Shown piece after piece: positions 63,501 through 64,000 of a stretch of DNA of 64,000 bases. The notes under the pieces are model-generated. The model searched no databases. It was given only the letters and a program-made list of their open reading frames with translations, and was not told the DNA's origin. Each line of letters starts with the position of its first letter. Position 1 is the stretch's first letter. This DNA comes from Malacoraja senta (Eukaryota): the NCBI GenBank assembly GCA_038087875.1, contig CM075989.1, forward strand, positions 24,120,001-24,184,000. Direction: 5' to 3'. A program made the translations under genes and the position numbers.

Positions 63501-63969
63501 TCTCTCTCAAAGGTTCTACCAAGACATTCCTAGATACATGGAACCCTTTCTTTGAACTGGTTAACTCTCTTAACTTGTCCCCGGACTCGGAAGAGGACTG
63601 AGTGTTCTCCATCATCGTTTTGTTCTACAGCAGCTGCTTTCCCCTTAATCCCCCCCTCCCCACAATTATTTATTTAAATATATATATATATATTTAATTT
63701 TTATTTATTTATTTATTTTTTCCTCTTTATTTTTATATAGCACATTTTGTTTCGTTTATTCTACCATTTGTGTGTGGATGTGTACGTATGTGAGTGTTGT
63801 TTGTCCCCGTTTGGCTCCGACCTGACTTGGGTGGGTTGAAGGTGGGTAAGGGTAAGGGTTTTGAGGATCGCTTACATACTGTTGTACAATTATGCCTTGA
63901 CTGTTACTGTCTGTTATTATTGTATGTATGTAAATTGCTGTGAAATTCAAATAAAAAGATTTAAATCAT
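60572..63969 (+). mobile_element. 5'-truncated L1-clade LINE, 3.4 kb, ORF2 with two frameshifts and a 14-bp TSD
   Basis: LWEASKAYIRG, GDKAGKLLA, KSPGPDG, YRPISLLNVD, SLDAEKAFDRVEW, RGTRQGCPLSPLLF, YADD, C-terminal CNRC..HMFWSC; AATAAA 63950-63955; aaaaaaagttatgg at 60558-60571 and 63970-63983 with TT/AAAA target. Confidence 0.95.
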
Positions 63970-64000
63970 AAAAAAAGTTATGGCCATTTTCATACTCGGA

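Larger units (their letters stand above)
2652..64000 (+). other. ADAMTSL3: Large intron of ADAMTSL3 (continues past the window end)
   Basis: GT donor at 2652; no sequence encoding the expected next exon (..DGNWDAWGDWSDCSRTCGGG..) found by eye; content is repeats and non-coding DNA. Confidence 0.7.

Overview
Repeat-dense vertebrate genomic DNA, most likely a cartilaginous fish (skate/ray, inferred from HE1-type V-SINEs and HER1/CR1-type LINEs). I found one host exon, a 120-bp phase-0/0 exon at 2532-2651 (+) matching my recollection of the ADAMTSL3 (punctin-2) N-terminal segment; the next exon (first TSR, 'WDAWGDWSDC') was not found, so the remaining ~61 kb is probably one large intron. It holds ~30 tRNA-derived HE1-like SINEs, many CR1 3' ends plus a 2.1-kb RT-coding copy, Rex1/Babar fragments, an L2 end, a 3.4-kb L1 with TSD, a Vingi-like LINE with TSD, hAT and PIF/Harbinger MITEs, a probable Helitron, old Deu-domain SINE remnants and dozens of Penelope-like (PLE) terminal-repeat fragments. 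The most interesting signals are minimal hammerhead-ribozyme cores in the PLE repeats, a PLE-derived 66-bp tandem unit at two distant loci, the Vingi insertion and several local templated duplications. Almost all short ORFs in the track are repeat artefacts. I cannot support a wholly new biological system. Family names come from motif recall rather than database searches, and repeat boundaries without a TSD are approximate.
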